Of a stretch of 54,318 nucleotides of DNA, positions 30,080-39,585 are shown one piece after another (positions within the stretch are counted from its first letter, which is position 1; each line of letters starts with the position of its first letter). The translations under genes were made by a program, and so were the position numbers. The DNA is taken from positions 1 to 54,318 of the forward strand of contig JAEDJV010000001.1 of the NCBI GenBank assembly GCA_016296165.1, read 5' to 3'. This DNA is from Oscillospiraceae bacterium (GTDB lineage: Bacteria > Bacillota > Clostridia > Oscillospirales > Ruminococcaceae). The notes beneath the pieces are model-generated. The model saw only the letters and a list, made by a program, of their open reading frames with translations, did no database searches and had not been told where the DNA came from.

Positions 30080-31051
30080 ATGAAAAACAAGGAAACCATA
30101 AGAGCTGAAAAGAAAAAACGGAAAGAACATCGTAAACTCATGACAAAAGAACAGGTCTCGTATGTAAAACGAAAAAAAGCAGTTGATATTGTCTGGCGTG
30201 TATTCAGATTTTTTATAATATTCGGACTGTGTTTTGTCATTCTCTATCCGATTGTGTTTATGATAAGCTGTGCTTTCAGAGAGAGAGCAGATATGAATGA
30301 CCCTACAGTAATGTGGATTCCGAGACACTTTACATTTGATGTAATAAAGGAAACAGCGGAGGCGATTAAACTTCCTGAAACACTTGTCAGTACACTTCTT
30401 ATAAATATCGGGTGTTCTCTGGTTCAGGTAATAACTACTGCTTTAACCGGATACGGATTTGCGCGTTTTCAGTTTAAAGGAAAGAATTTATTGTTTGGCA
30501 TAGTGATTCTTATGATACTTGTACCGCCTCAGATAATCCTTCTTCCGCAGTATGATCTGTTTAAGACGCTTGGAATGATAAATACCGCATGGACCATGTA
30601 TCTTCCAGCAATGACTGCAAATGGTCTGAGATCGGGGATAATGATACTTATATTCAGACAGTTCTTCCGAGGTCTTCCAAAGGAACTTGAGGATGCTGCA
30701 TATCTTGACGGATGCGGGCCTTTAAGAACTTTTGCTGTAATAATGGTTCCAAATGCACTCTCTTCTTTTCTTACAGTATTTCTGTTTTCAGTTGTGTGGT
30801 ACTGGAATGATTACTATGTATGTAATTCATTTTTCAGTACAAACCAGACACTTGCTCTGATGATTAAAAATATACAGGCAGTTCTGAATGCTTCGCTGTT
30901 CAGTGACAGCAGTATGCATGTTTCCACAAGAGAATTCGTGGTATGGACACAGGCTGCGTGTCTGATTTCAATCTCGCCAATGCTTGTTATGTATGCGTTC
31001 CTGCAGAAATATTTTACAGAGGGAATAGAACGCTCTGGACTTGTGGGATGA
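30080..31051 (+). CDS. Carbohydrate ABC transporter permease (second MalG-like)
   Basis: GYGFARFQFKGK, LPKELEDAAYLDG, WYWNDY, QKYFTEGIERSGLVG. Confidence 0.92.
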   Translation: MKNKETIRAEKKKRKEHRKLMTKEQVSYVKRKKAVDIVWRVFRFFIIFGLCFVILYPIVFMISCAFRERADMNDPTVMWIPRHFTFDVIKETAEAIKLPETLVSTLLINIGCSLVQVITTALTGYGFARFQFKGKNLLFGIVILMILVPPQIILLPQYDLFKTLGMINTAWTMYLPAMTANGLRSGIMILIFRQFFRGLPKELEDAAYLDGCGPLRTFAVIMVPNALSSFLTVFLFSVVWYWNDYYVCNSFFSTNQTLALMIKNIQAVLNASLFSDSSMHVSTREFVVWTQAACLISISPMLVMYAFLQKYFTEGIERSGLVG

Positions 31052-31125
31052 CCTTTTATGTTATCTATTATTACCATAACAATAGACTGTTTGCTGTGAA
31101 ACTCACCAAAAATTTTGAAAAAAGG

Positions 31126-31154
31126 TTTACAAATAAAAGTTATTATGCTAATAT
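31126..31154 (+). promoter_or_regulatory. Putative sigma-A promoter of the small membrane protein gene
   Basis: TTTACA, 17 bp, TG-c-TAATAT. Confidence 0.55.
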
Positions 31155-31214
31155 ATATACATATTTTTAAGCAATATCAGGGAGAATTTTAAATTTATGA
31201 AAGCGGGGAGTATT

Positions 31215-31427
31215 ATGGTGAGAAAGATAATGATTGCAGTTTCAGTTGTTTTTGGTCTGCTTACGTTTCTGGCAGTAGCTTTTGCAGAAAGGGAAGGAAG
31301 TTCATTTGATATCGGTTATACATGTATTCCTGCTCTTCTTTGCATTATGTCAGCAATTGCAGCAGACAACAGCGAAGAACAAAAACTCGATATGGATGAG
31401 GCTGAGACTGACGCAGCTGTATTTTAA
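31215..31427 (+). CDS. Small two-TM membrane protein with acidic tail
   Basis: GGGGAG RBS before ATG 31215 (alternative 31197); own promoter and terminator. Confidence 0.7.
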   Translation: MVRKIMIAVSVVFGLLTFLAVAFAEREGSSFDIGYTCIPALLCIMSAIAADNSEEQKLDMDEAETDAAVF

Positions 31428-31456
31428 CTTTTTATGTATTTTTCATTAACAGATTT

Positions 31457-31496
31457 CACTGCAAACGCTTTATTTTAAGTGTTTGCAGTGTTTTTT
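31457..31496 (+). terminator. Intrinsic terminator
   Basis: CACTGCAAACGCTT...AAGTGTTTGCAGTG-TTTTTT. Confidence 0.85.
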
Positions 31497-31504
31497 ATTT
31501 GCAG

Positions 31505-31533
31505 TTGTAAAAATCACCTGAAAATGATATAAT
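31505..31533 (+). promoter_or_regulatory. sigma-A promoter of decarboxylase-holB-ricT
   Basis: TTGTAA, 17 bp, TG-a-TATAAT. Confidence 0.65.
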
Positions 31534-31561
31534 ATAAAATAAAACATTGAAAAGGATATTT

Positions 31562-32911
31562 ATGAAAACACCGGTATATGATTATCTTGTGTCCTATACA
31601 AATAGCAAAATACTCCGCATGCACATGCCAGGACACAAAGGCAGACGTTTTGAAAACGAACTGTCTGAAATTTACAGGTTTGATATAACAGAGATTACAG
31701 GGGCAGGAAATCTTTTTGAAGATTCCGGAATAATTGCAGAGAGTGAGAAGAATGCTTCTGTACTTTTTGGGACCAAGGCTACTTTTTATTCTGTTCATGG
31801 TTCCACTTTGTGCATTCAGACTATGCTTGCACTGATGAAGTATGAAAACAGGACTGTTATTGCCGTAAGAAATTCACACAGAGCATTCCTTAGTGCGTGT
31901 ACTCTGCTTGATATCGATCCGATATGGGTTTTCCCCGAATATACAGATACAATTATCTCCGGAAGAACCAGTCTTTCAGATGTTGAAAAAGTTTTAAGAG
32001 AGAATCCGCACGCCTGTCTCTATATTACATCACCGGATTATCTTGGTGCTATGGCAGATATAAAAAGTCTTGCGGAACTTTGTCATAATTATGGTGCGGT
32101 ACTGCTTGTGGATAATGCTCATGGAGCGTGTCTTCCTTTTTACAGTAAAAATCTTCATCCGATTGCTCTTGGGGCTGATATTTGCTGTGATTCAGCTCAC
32201 AAGATGCTTCCGGCACTTACAGGGGCTGCATATCTTCATGTTGCAAATGAGCGATATATTCCTCTTGTTAAGGAAATGATGCTTTTGTTTGCCTCAACAA
32301 GTCCGTCCTATCTGATAACCTGTTCGCTTGATCTGTGCAACAGGTATATAGATGAACACATAAGAGCAGATCTTGAAGCTTCAGAAAAATGCATTAAGGA
32401 ACTTACCGACAGACTGTCAGAAAAATACTGTCTTGAATATCCGGCATTTGAAAGAGAGCCTTTGCATTTTACAGTAAACGCTTCAAAAAGCGGCGTCAGC
32501 GGAAGATACCTTGCGCAGAAACTGCGTGAAAACGGGACAGAATATGAATTTGCCGACGATACATACATAGTTATGCTGTTCTCCCCGGTTGACACAAAAG
32601 ATACCTATATTAAGCTTACCCGGATACTCGAAGGCATAGAATTTGAAGCTGAGCCTTTACCGTATAAAAAGATTTATTTTCCAAAGCCGAAAAAAATCAT
32701 GACTGTTCGTGAGGCAGCACTCTCTCCGCATGAAGAGATACCGATTGACTTTGCAGAAGGAAGAATCTGTGCCAGTATAAACGTTCCATGTCCTCCGGCA
32801 GTACCTGTTATAGTCAGCGGTGAGCTTATTTCACAGGAGGGTATAGCTGTTATGAAATCCTTTGGAATAAATACGATAAAAGTAGTAACTGAAAATCAGA
32901 AACGGAAATGA
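31562..32911 (+). CDS. PLP-dependent Orn/Lys/Arg decarboxylase family protein (YaaO-like)
   Basis: MHMPGHKG, RNSHRA, VDNAHGA, PLP lysine SAHKMLPALT, STSPSY, PCPPAVP (track starts at 31547). Confidence 0.9.
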   Translation: MKTPVYDYLVSYTNSKILRMHMPGHKGRRFENELSEIYRFDITEITGAGNLFEDSGIIAESEKNASVLFGTKATFYSVHGSTLCIQTMLALMKYENRTVIAVRNSHRAFLSACTLLDIDPIWVFPEYTDTIISGRTSLSDVEKVLRENPHACLYITSPDYLGAMADIKSLAELCHNYGAVLLVDNAHGACLPFYSKNLHPIALGADICCDSAHKMLPALTGAAYLHVANERYIPLVKEMMLLFASTSPSYLITCSLDLCNRYIDEHIRADLEASEKCIKELTDRLSEKYCLEYPAFEREPLHFTVNASKSGVSGRYLAQKLRENGTEYEFADDTYIVMLFSPVDTKDTYIKLTRILEGIEFEAEPLPYKKIYFPKPKKIMTVREAALSPHEEIPIDFAEGRICASINVPCPPAVPVIVSGELISQEGIAVMKSFGINTIKVVTENQKRK

Positions 32912-33888
32912 TATATATGAAAATTTACGGAAATGATCTTGTAATCCAGACATTTCAGAATATGCTGAAAAATGACCATATGGCTCATTCTTTTCTTATA
33001 TACGGGGAGAAGGGCCTTGGAAAAAAGACAATGGCAGATTATCTTGCCATGATGCTTGTATGTGAAAACGAAAATAAACCCTGTGGCATATGCCGGTATT
33101 GTAAAAATGCCGCCGCACATATACATCCTGATATCATCTATGCAGAACACAGCGGAAAGCTGGGCGGTTTTTCGGTTGATACGATAAGGAGTATCTGTGC
33201 AGATGTATATATTAAGCCTAACAATTCAGATACAAAGATTTATTTGTTTACAGATGCAGACAATATTACAGTTCAGGCACAGAACTCCTTACTGAAACTG
33301 ATTGAAGAGCCGCCTCCGTATGCTTATTTTATCTTTACTGCAACTGACAGGAACATTATACTCGAAACAATTCGTTCAAGAATAATTTCACTTAGTGCAT
33401 CAGAGGTAAGCAGGGAAACAGCTGTAAAAGCTCTGCAGGAAAAGGAAATTTCTGAAGAAGATGCCGGAAAGGCAGTATCAGTTTTTGGCGGTAATATTGG
33501 TCTTTGCCTCGAATATCTGCAGGATGGCGAACTTAAAAGTTCCGTTGATTTGACAAAAAAGATAACAGACTGTATAATAAACAGAGACGAATATGGACTT
33601 CTGAAAAATTTTACGGATGCCTCTGTTGATAAGAATCTTCTGAAAAGTGTACTTAAGATGACAGACAAGATTATCAGAGATGCACTGGCTGTAAAATATT
33701 CGGAAAACAGCATAGCCGGATGTTATGCTGACGGTGCACAGATTCTTTCCGGAAGCCTTACAGTAAATGCATGCGGCAGACTTCATGAGGCAATAGACAG
33801 AGCATATTCGCTTATCGATAAAAATATTAATATTAAGCTCATGGTTTCTTCACTTTGCGGAGAAATATCAACATGCAGACAGCTTTAA
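32908..33888 (+). CDS. holB: DNA polymerase III delta-prime subunit
   Basis: AHSFLIYG..GLGK, Zn motif C...PCGICRYC, HPD, AQNSLLKLIEEPP, ETIRSR. Confidence 0.9.
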   Translation: MIYMKIYGNDLVIQTFQNMLKNDHMAHSFLIYGEKGLGKKTMADYLAMMLVCENENKPCGICRYCKNAAAHIHPDIIYAEHSGKLGGFSVDTIRSICADVYIKPNNSDTKIYLFTDADNITVQAQNSLLKLIEEPPPYAYFIFTATDRNIILETIRSRIISLSASEVSRETAVKALQEKEISEEDAGKAVSVFGGNIGLCLEYLQDGELKSSVDLTKKITDCIINRDEYGLLKNFTDASVDKNLLKSVLKMTDKIIRDALAVKYSENSIAGCYADGAQILSGSLTVNACGRLHEAIDRAYSLIDKNINIKLMVSSLCGEISTCRQL

Positions 33889-33905
33889 AAAATGAGGAAT
33901 TTATT

Positions 33906-34772
33906 ATGATAGAAATAGTTGGAATCAGATTTAAAAAAGTTGGAAAGATATATTATTTTGCCCCGGGAGAGATAAAGGCTAATGTCGGTGACAAGGCCAT
34001 AGTCGAAACTTCACGCGGGGTGGAGTGCGGTGAAGTAGTTATTGCCAATCGTATGATTGAAGAATCTTCAATCAGTTCAGAATTAAAGGAAGTAATCAGA
34101 ATAGCAACCCCTGAAGATCTTGAGATTGTTGAGAGAAACAGAAAAAGGCAGAAGGACGCTTTTGAAATCTGTCAGCAGAAGATAAAGAACAGAGGACTCG
34201 ACATGAATCTTATTGATGTGGAGTTTACCTTTGACAATAACAAGATCCTGTTTTATTTTACAGCTGAAACGCGTGTTGATTTCAGAGAACTTGTAAAAGA
34301 TCTGGCAGCTGTATTTAAAACAAGAATAGAACTCAGACAGATAGGCGTAAGAGATGAGGCAAAGATACTTGGAGGACTTGGTATCTGCGGAAGAGAGTTC
34401 TGCTGTAAGGGATGTATAGGCGAATTTCAGCCTGTGTCAATCAAGATGGCTAAGGAGCAGGGACTTTCTCTCAACCCTACAAAGATATCCGGAACCTGCG
34501 GCAGACTTATGTGCTGCTTAAAATACGAACAGAGCACATATGAAGAATTCCTTAAGATTACGCCTAAGGTAGGAGCTTATGTGCGCATGCCTAACAATAC
34601 AAACGGTTATGTTGTGGAAGCAAATACTATTACCGGAAAGCTTAAGATTCGTCCTGAAAATGACACTGCTGTTCCGGTTATAATCGACAGAAGTGAAGTA
34701 ACTATCATAAAGGATTCAGTTATCAGGGTAAACAAAGAGGAGATTCGTGCTCTTAAAGGGCTTGAAGAATGA
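33906..34772 (+). CDS. ricT: RicT/YaaT (PSP1 domain) protein
   Basis: VETSRGVECG, RVDFRELVK, RIELRQIGVRDEAK, CGREFCC, KISGTCGRLMCCL; ATG 33906 after GAGG (track starts at 33855). Confidence 0.93.
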   Translation: MIEIVGIRFKKVGKIYYFAPGEIKANVGDKAIVETSRGVECGEVVIANRMIEESSISSELKEVIRIATPEDLEIVERNRKRQKDAFEICQQKIKNRGLDMNLIDVEFTFDNNKILFYFTAETRVDFRELVKDLAAVFKTRIELRQIGVRDEAKILGGLGICGREFCCKGCIGEFQPVSIKMAKEQGLSLNPTKISGTCGRLMCCLKYEQSTYEEFLKITPKVGAYVRMPNNTNGYVVEANTITGKLKIRPENDTAVPVIIDRSEVTIIKDSVIRVNKEEIRALKGLEE

Positions 34773-34797
34773 TAAAAATATTTTTTTAATTTACCCC

Positions 34798-34826
34798 TTG
34801 ATTTTTTAATTCAATTGTATTATACT
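34798..34826 (+). promoter_or_regulatory. sigma-A promoter of htpG
   Basis: TTGATT, 17 bp, TATACT immediately upstream of the CIRCE. Confidence 0.7.
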
Positions 34827-34831
34827 AGTAA

Positions 34832-34858
34832 TTAGCACTCGAAGTATTAGAGTGCTAA
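34832..34858 (+). promoter_or_regulatory. CIRCE element (HrcA operator)
   Basis: Exact TTAGCACTC-N9-GAGTGCTAA. Confidence 0.97.
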
Positions 34859-34885
34859 TTATTATTTTATATGGAGTGAATTAAA

Positions 34886-36769
34886 ATGGAAACAAAACAG
34901 TTCAAAGCAGAATCCAAAAAACTTCTCGAGATGATGATCAACTCTATATATACTCATAAGGAAATATTCTTAAGAGAGCTGATCTCAAACGCCAGTGATG
35001 CAATTGATAAGCTTTACTTCAAATCACTTACTGATGACGGAGTAGGCATGAATAAAGACGACTTCGAGATACTTATCAATGTAGATAAGGATAGCAGAAC
35101 TATTACAATTACTGATAACGGTATCGGCATGACAAGAGATGAACTTGAAAACAATCTCGGTACTATTGCCAAGAGTGGTTCACTTGATTTTAAGTCAAAC
35201 AACAATCTTGGTGAGGATGTTGACATTATTGGTCAGTTTGGTGTAGGTTTCTACTCTGCGTTCATGGTTGCTGATCTTGTAACAGTAAGGAGTAAGGCTT
35301 ACGGTTCAGAAAGTGCTTACGAATGGCAGTCAGAAGGTGTTGAGGGTTACACGATTGACGAATGTGATAAGGCAAAGGCAGGAACAGAGATAGTTCTTCA
35401 CATCAAGGAGGATACTGAAGAAGAAAAGTACAGTGAATATCTTGAACAGTACAGACTTCAGTCCATTATCAGAAAGTACTCAGACTATATCAGATTCCCT
35501 GTTAAGATGGATGTTGAGCATGAACGTAAAAAAGAAGGAACAGAGGACGAATACGAAAAGTTTATCGAGAGGGAAACTATCAATAGTATGATTCCTATCT
35601 GGAAGAAGAACAAGAGCGAACTTAAGGATGAAGACTATAATAATTTCTATAAGGAAAAGTTCTTTGACTATAGTGAACCTCTTAAGCATGTTCATGTTAA
35701 GACAGAAGGTACAGCAACATATAACGCACTTCTCTATGTGCCTGCAAAAGCTCCTTATGACTATTACACAAGAGAATTTGAAAAGGGACTTCAGCTCTAT
35801 TCAAACGGTGTTCTTATCATGGATAAGTGTGCTGATCTCCTCCCTGATTACTTTAGTTTTGTAAAGGGCCTTGTAGATTCAGAAGACCTTTCTCTTAACA
35901 TTTCAAGAGAAATGCTTCAGCATGACAGACAGCTCAAGCTCATTGCAAAGAGCATAGAGAAAACCATAAAGAATGAACTTACTAAGATGCTTAAAAATGA
36001 ACGTGAGAAGTACGAAGAGTTCTATAAAGCATTCGGACTACAGCTTAAGGCCGGTGTATATTCATCATACGGAATGAATAAGGATGTCCTTGTTGATCTT
36101 CTTATGTTCTGGTCATCAAACGAAGAAAAGCTTGTAACACTTGATGAATATGTATCCAGAATGAGAGAAGACCAGAAATTCATTTACTATGCATCAGGCG
36201 AAAGCATTCAGAGAATCAAGAACCTTCCGCAGACAGAGATGGTTAAGGAAAAAGGATATGAGATTCTTTATCTTACAGAAGGTGTGGATGAATTTGCAAT
36301 TAAGATGCTTATGAACTATAAGGACAAGCAGTTCAAGTCCGTTTCTGCAGGTGATCTTGATATCGATACCCCTGAAGAAAAGGAAGAGATCAAGGCAAAG
36401 GAAGAAGAAAACAAGGAAATGTTCACATTCATGAAAGAATCTCTCGGCGATAAGGTTAAGGAAGTAAGACTCACCCAGAGACTAAAGTCACATCCTTTCT
36501 GTCTCACAAGTGATGGTGACCTTTCACTTGAGATGGAAAAAGTACTTAACGCTATGCCTACAGACAACAAGGTTAAGGCAGAGAAGGTTCTTGAGATTAA
36601 TCCGGAACACGGAATATTCTCTAAGCTTCAGGACCTTTATGCAAATGATAAGGATAAGCTGAAAAAATATACTCAGCTTCTCTATACGCAGTCACTTCTT
36701 ATTGAAGGCATATCAATAGAAAACCCTGTTGAATTCTCCAATATGGTATGTGAACTGATGGTTGAATAA
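34886..36769 (+). CDS. htpG: Molecular chaperone HtpG (Hsp90)
   Basis: [49 protein letters not shown]. Confidence 0.98.
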   Translation: METKQFKAESKKLLEMMINSIYTHKEIFLRELISNASDAIDKLYFKSLTDDGVGMNKDDFEILINVDKDSRTITITDNGIGMTRDELENNLGTIAKSGSLDFKSNNNLGEDVDIIGQFGVGFYSAFMVADLVTVRSKAYGSESAYEWQSEGVEGYTIDECDKAKAGTEIVLHIKEDTEEEKYSEYLEQYRLQSIIRKYSDYIRFPVKMDVEHERKKEGTEDEYEKFIERETINSMIPIWKKNKSELKDEDYNNFYKEKFFDYSEPLKHVHVKTEGTATYNALLYVPAKAPYDYYTREFEKGLQLYSNGVLIMDKCADLLPDYFSFVKGLVDSEDLSLNISREMLQHDRQLKLIAKSIEKTIKNELTKMLKNEREKYEEFYKAFGLQLKAGVYSSYGMNKDVLVDLLMFWSSNEEKLVTLDEYVSRMREDQKFIYYASGESIQRIKNLPQTEMVKEKGYEILYLTEGVDEFAIKMLMNYKDKQFKSVSAGDLDIDTPEEKEEIKAKEEENKEMFTFMKESLGDKVKEVRLTQRLKSHPFCLTSDGDLSLEMEKVLNAMPTDNKVKAEKVLEINPEHGIFSKLQDLYANDKDKLKKYTQLLYTQSLLIEGISIENPVEFSNMVCELMVE

Positions 36770-37011
36770 AAAACAGGCCAAATATTATGAAAAATAAACC
36801 ATAAAAATTAATAAAAAAGGGTAGAAAGATAAGTCATATACAAATTATTAGGTATATTGTTCAAAATAACTATAATTCAAGTTGGTTTTTCAACTGTTTT
36901 ACCAATTGTTTTGATTAAAAATATATGATATAATCTTACCTATAGGATGAAAACACAATAAACCAAAAATTGTGTTTCAAATATTAAAAAATGAAAAAGG
37001 AGTTTTTGGAA

Positions 37012-37950
37012 ATGAAAAAATCTGTTAAACGCATAGTTAGCTTTGTATCTGCAATTGCTATGTTATCTACAACTGCAATGGCAGTTTCTGCTGCTGAAGC
37101 AATTACAGTTGGCGAAGCAAACTCAATCTGTGTAAGTGGTGCTACTGACTTCACAAATGTTAAAGCTGATGTATTCGTAATTAAGTCTGCTACAGATAAG
37201 CTTGAAAGAGCTGCTCTTAACATTCTTAAGGAACAGTTTGGCACAAAGACAGCTGACAAGAACGCTATCATCAATGCTGCTTCAAAGATGAGTGAAAAAG
37301 AACTTAAGGCTGCTGTTGAATCAACAACAAAGGCTGTTGAAGCAAGCAAAGAACTTCAGGCTGCTATTACAGAAGCTGAAGAAGATATCAAGGTAGCTGT
37401 AGAAAAAGCAAAGGCTGCTAACGCTAATGCTGAAATCGTTGTAAGCACAGCTTATAACCCATTCGCTACACTTGCTAGCTCACCACTCGTTGATGCTGCT
37501 AAGGCTGCTGTTGATGTTTATGTTAAAAACATGAACACGAAGATTGAAACAATCGCTGCAGAAAATAAAATAAAGGTTGCTGAAATAGAATCTCCTGTAG
37601 TTGAATTCAGCAAGAACGATGTTGCTGGTTCACTCAGCAATGCTGTTGCTGCTCAGTCAGTAGCTAAGAACGAAGCAATTGCAAAAGTTGAAGTTGTAGC
37701 TGAAAAGGCTCCAGAAGTTGCAATGTACGGTGACTTCAATGGCGACAGAGATATCAGAGCAGTTGACCTCGTAATCATGATTCAGGCTAACCTTGGAATG
37801 CTCGATAAGGCAAAATTTGAAGAAAAGGGTTATGACTGGAATGCTGGCGACCTCGACAGAGACGGTGAAAGCTTTGGTCTTACAGATATCATGATGCTCA
37901 AGAAGGTTCTTCTTGAAGACATGGCTGCTTCAGAACTCGGTAAATTCTAA
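37012..37950 (+). CDS. Secreted Ala-rich protein with C-terminal dockerin (degenerate SGNH-like core)
   Basis: Signal peptide; GDFNGDRDIRAVD...GDLDRDGESFGLTD dockerin-like loops; AAGGAG RBS before ATG 37012 (track starts at 36991). Confidence 0.8.
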   Translation: MKKSVKRIVSFVSAIAMLSTTAMAVSAAEAITVGEANSICVSGATDFTNVKADVFVIKSATDKLERAALNILKEQFGTKTADKNAIINAASKMSEKELKAAVESTTKAVEASKELQAAITEAEEDIKVAVEKAKAANANAEIVVSTAYNPFATLASSPLVDAAKAAVDVYVKNMNTKIETIAAENKIKVAEIESPVVEFSKNDVAGSLSNAVAAQSVAKNEAIAKVEVVAEKAPEVAMYGDFNGDRDIRAVDLVIMIQANLGMLDKAKFEEKGYDWNAGDLDRDGESFGLTDIMMLKKVLLEDMAASELGKF

Positions 37951-37985
37951 TCCGAATCAAAGTTTAGATATTTATTTTGATATTA

Positions 37986-38016
37986 GCGACGCTTCATTTT
38001 ATGGAGCGTCGTTTTT
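37986..38016 (+). terminator. Intrinsic terminator
   Basis: GCGACGCTTC...GGAGCGTCGT-TTTT. Confidence 0.8.
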
Positions 38017-38021
38017 AATTA

Positions 38022-38054
38022 AAAAAATCGATATCATTATGATATCGATTTTTT
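38022..38054 (-). terminator. Perfect 16-bp inverted repeat, probable terminator of the minus-strand gene
   Basis: AAAAAATCGATATCAT-T-ATGATATCGATTTTTT. Confidence 0.6.
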
Positions 38055-38087
38055 GTTTTTATGTAAAATTGAAAATAACAGGATTAT

Positions 38088-39521
38088 TTATATATGAAAT
38101 TTAGTTGTAAAGTGCGATTTTTCTTTTGAATAAAGATTTTTTAAATTGTCATTTTTATTTTCAGCATTTTGAATATCATTAAGAATAAAACCTGAAATCT
38201 TAATATCAGACAGCTGAAAACTCCGTACACAATTTATAAGACTGGTTTCAGCTGTAAAATTACTTCTTGCGGTCAGATAAATCTGATCTGAAACACCAGT
38301 TAGCGCCAGAGCGTCTGGAAAGGCGTTTAAAGGCGGTGTATCAATGATGATATAATCAAATATACTTTTAAGGTCATATATCGAACTGAGCGTTTCAGAA
38401 CGCGTCAGAAGGCCAAGAGGATTTCCGCTGTAATTACCTGCAGTCATTATATAAAGTGAACGATATTCGGTAATCATTATAGCTTCTTTAGCCTCCAGAA
38501 TTCCGGCAGCAACTTCTGCAAGTCCAGGTAAGTCTGTACTGAGTTCAAAGGCTTTTGTAAGCCTCCTGTTATGCATATTGGCATCAATGATTAAAACTTT
38601 TTTTCCTTCTGCAGCCATGGATATACCAAGATTGGCGACGATAACACTTTTTCCTTCACCATTTACAGAACTTGAAATCAGGATGATTTTTTTTGGTGAT
38701 TCTGATAATTTTTTTATCTCTGTATGAAAATCCCTGAAAGCAAAGATAAAATCGGATTTTGTGCTTTTGTTTATCATGACAGGTGATATGGCAGGGTTGG
38801 TGGTTTTATTAGCTGGTATCTGTTCAAAGTGCAGATTTGCGGTTATTTGCCTGAAAATTTTTGAAAACTCAGAATTGTTTTCAGATATATATTTTTTTTC
38901 TGTGACCATACTGTAATCAGGAATTCTTGCGATAACAGGAATGACAGGAAAAAGCTTCTGAATATCATTTTCAGAAATTATGTTATTGTTTTTGTTTTTC
39001 AAAATCATAAAGCCAGCGATACAAACCCCCGGTAAAGTAGAAAAAAGACAAACAAGCCCAAGTCCTTTCCTGTGTTTGTTTTTTGGAAAAACAGCTGATT
39101 CAACTAACTCAATGCTGAGAAATTCACCGGTAGAATCAGAAACAAATGAATTTATCATAGTTTCAATAGTTTTATGAATTTCAAAAACTTCTGATGATTT
39201 TTCTGAAGAAACTCTAAGTATGAAAAACATACTGCTGCGGTCAGTATCAATATCAATCATATTTTTTAACTTTCCTGTAGCATATTTGTTTTTCAGTTTA
39301 TGAGATACAGTAGTATAAAAATTGTCTGAAAGAATAATATTCTTTAAATCCGATGAACTGTATACAGCGTTGTTATTGCTGTTTTCAGAGATGTAGTATT
39401 GGGCTTCTGAACAGTAAACCGGTTTAATAAAAAGCAGCCCGCAAATCATCCCGATTATCATAGAACATACTGCAAATGACAGTACTAACAGCAGTTTTTT
39501 TATTAGATTATAGTATTTCAT
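38088..39521 (-). CDS. Fused polysaccharide co-polymerase / BY-kinase-like protein (CapA-CapB / Wzc-like)
   Basis: Two TMs flanking an extracellular loop (P.Y.SEA); cytoplasmic Walker A SSVNGEGKS, A' IIDAN, Walker B IIIDTPP, GFILN. Confidence 0.82.
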   Translation of the reverse strand: MKYYNLIKKLLLVLSFAVCSMIIGMICGLLFIKPVYCSEAQYYISENSNNNAVYSSSDLKNIILSDNFYTTVSHKLKNKYATGKLKNMIDIDTDRSSMFFILRVSSEKSSEVFEIHKTIETMINSFVSDSTGEFLSIELVESAVFPKNKHRKGLGLVCLFSTLPGVCIAGFMILKNKNNNIISENDIQKLFPVIPVIARIPDYSMVTEKKYISENNSEFSKIFRQITANLHFEQIPANKTTNPAISPVMINKSTKSDFIFAFRDFHTEIKKLSESPKKIILISSSVNGEGKSVIVANLGISMAAEGKKVLIIDANMHNRRLTKAFELSTDLPGLAEVAAGILEAKEAIMITEYRSLYIMTAGNYSGNPLGLLTRSETLSSIYDLKSIFDYIIIDTPPLNAFPDALALTGVSDQIYLTARSNFTAETSLINCVRSFQLSDIKISGFILNDIQNAENKNDNLKNLYSKEKSHFTTKFHI

Positions 39522-39557
39522 AGATAAACTCCTGTAAGATTATTGTATAATAACTTA

Positions 39558-39585
39558 ATTATATCAAATATTCTAAAAATGTCAA
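39558..39585 (-). promoter_or_regulatory. sigma-A promoter of the Wzc-like gene
   Basis: Minus strand TTGACA, 16 bp, TG-a-TATAAT. Confidence 0.65.

Noticed and set aside
12891..36934. Shared ATATATGATATAAT upstream of gltA and of the Ala-rich dockerin gene
   Set aside because: Explained by the extended -10 consensus (TGnTATAAT) in an AT-rich background; ruvA has nearly the same string
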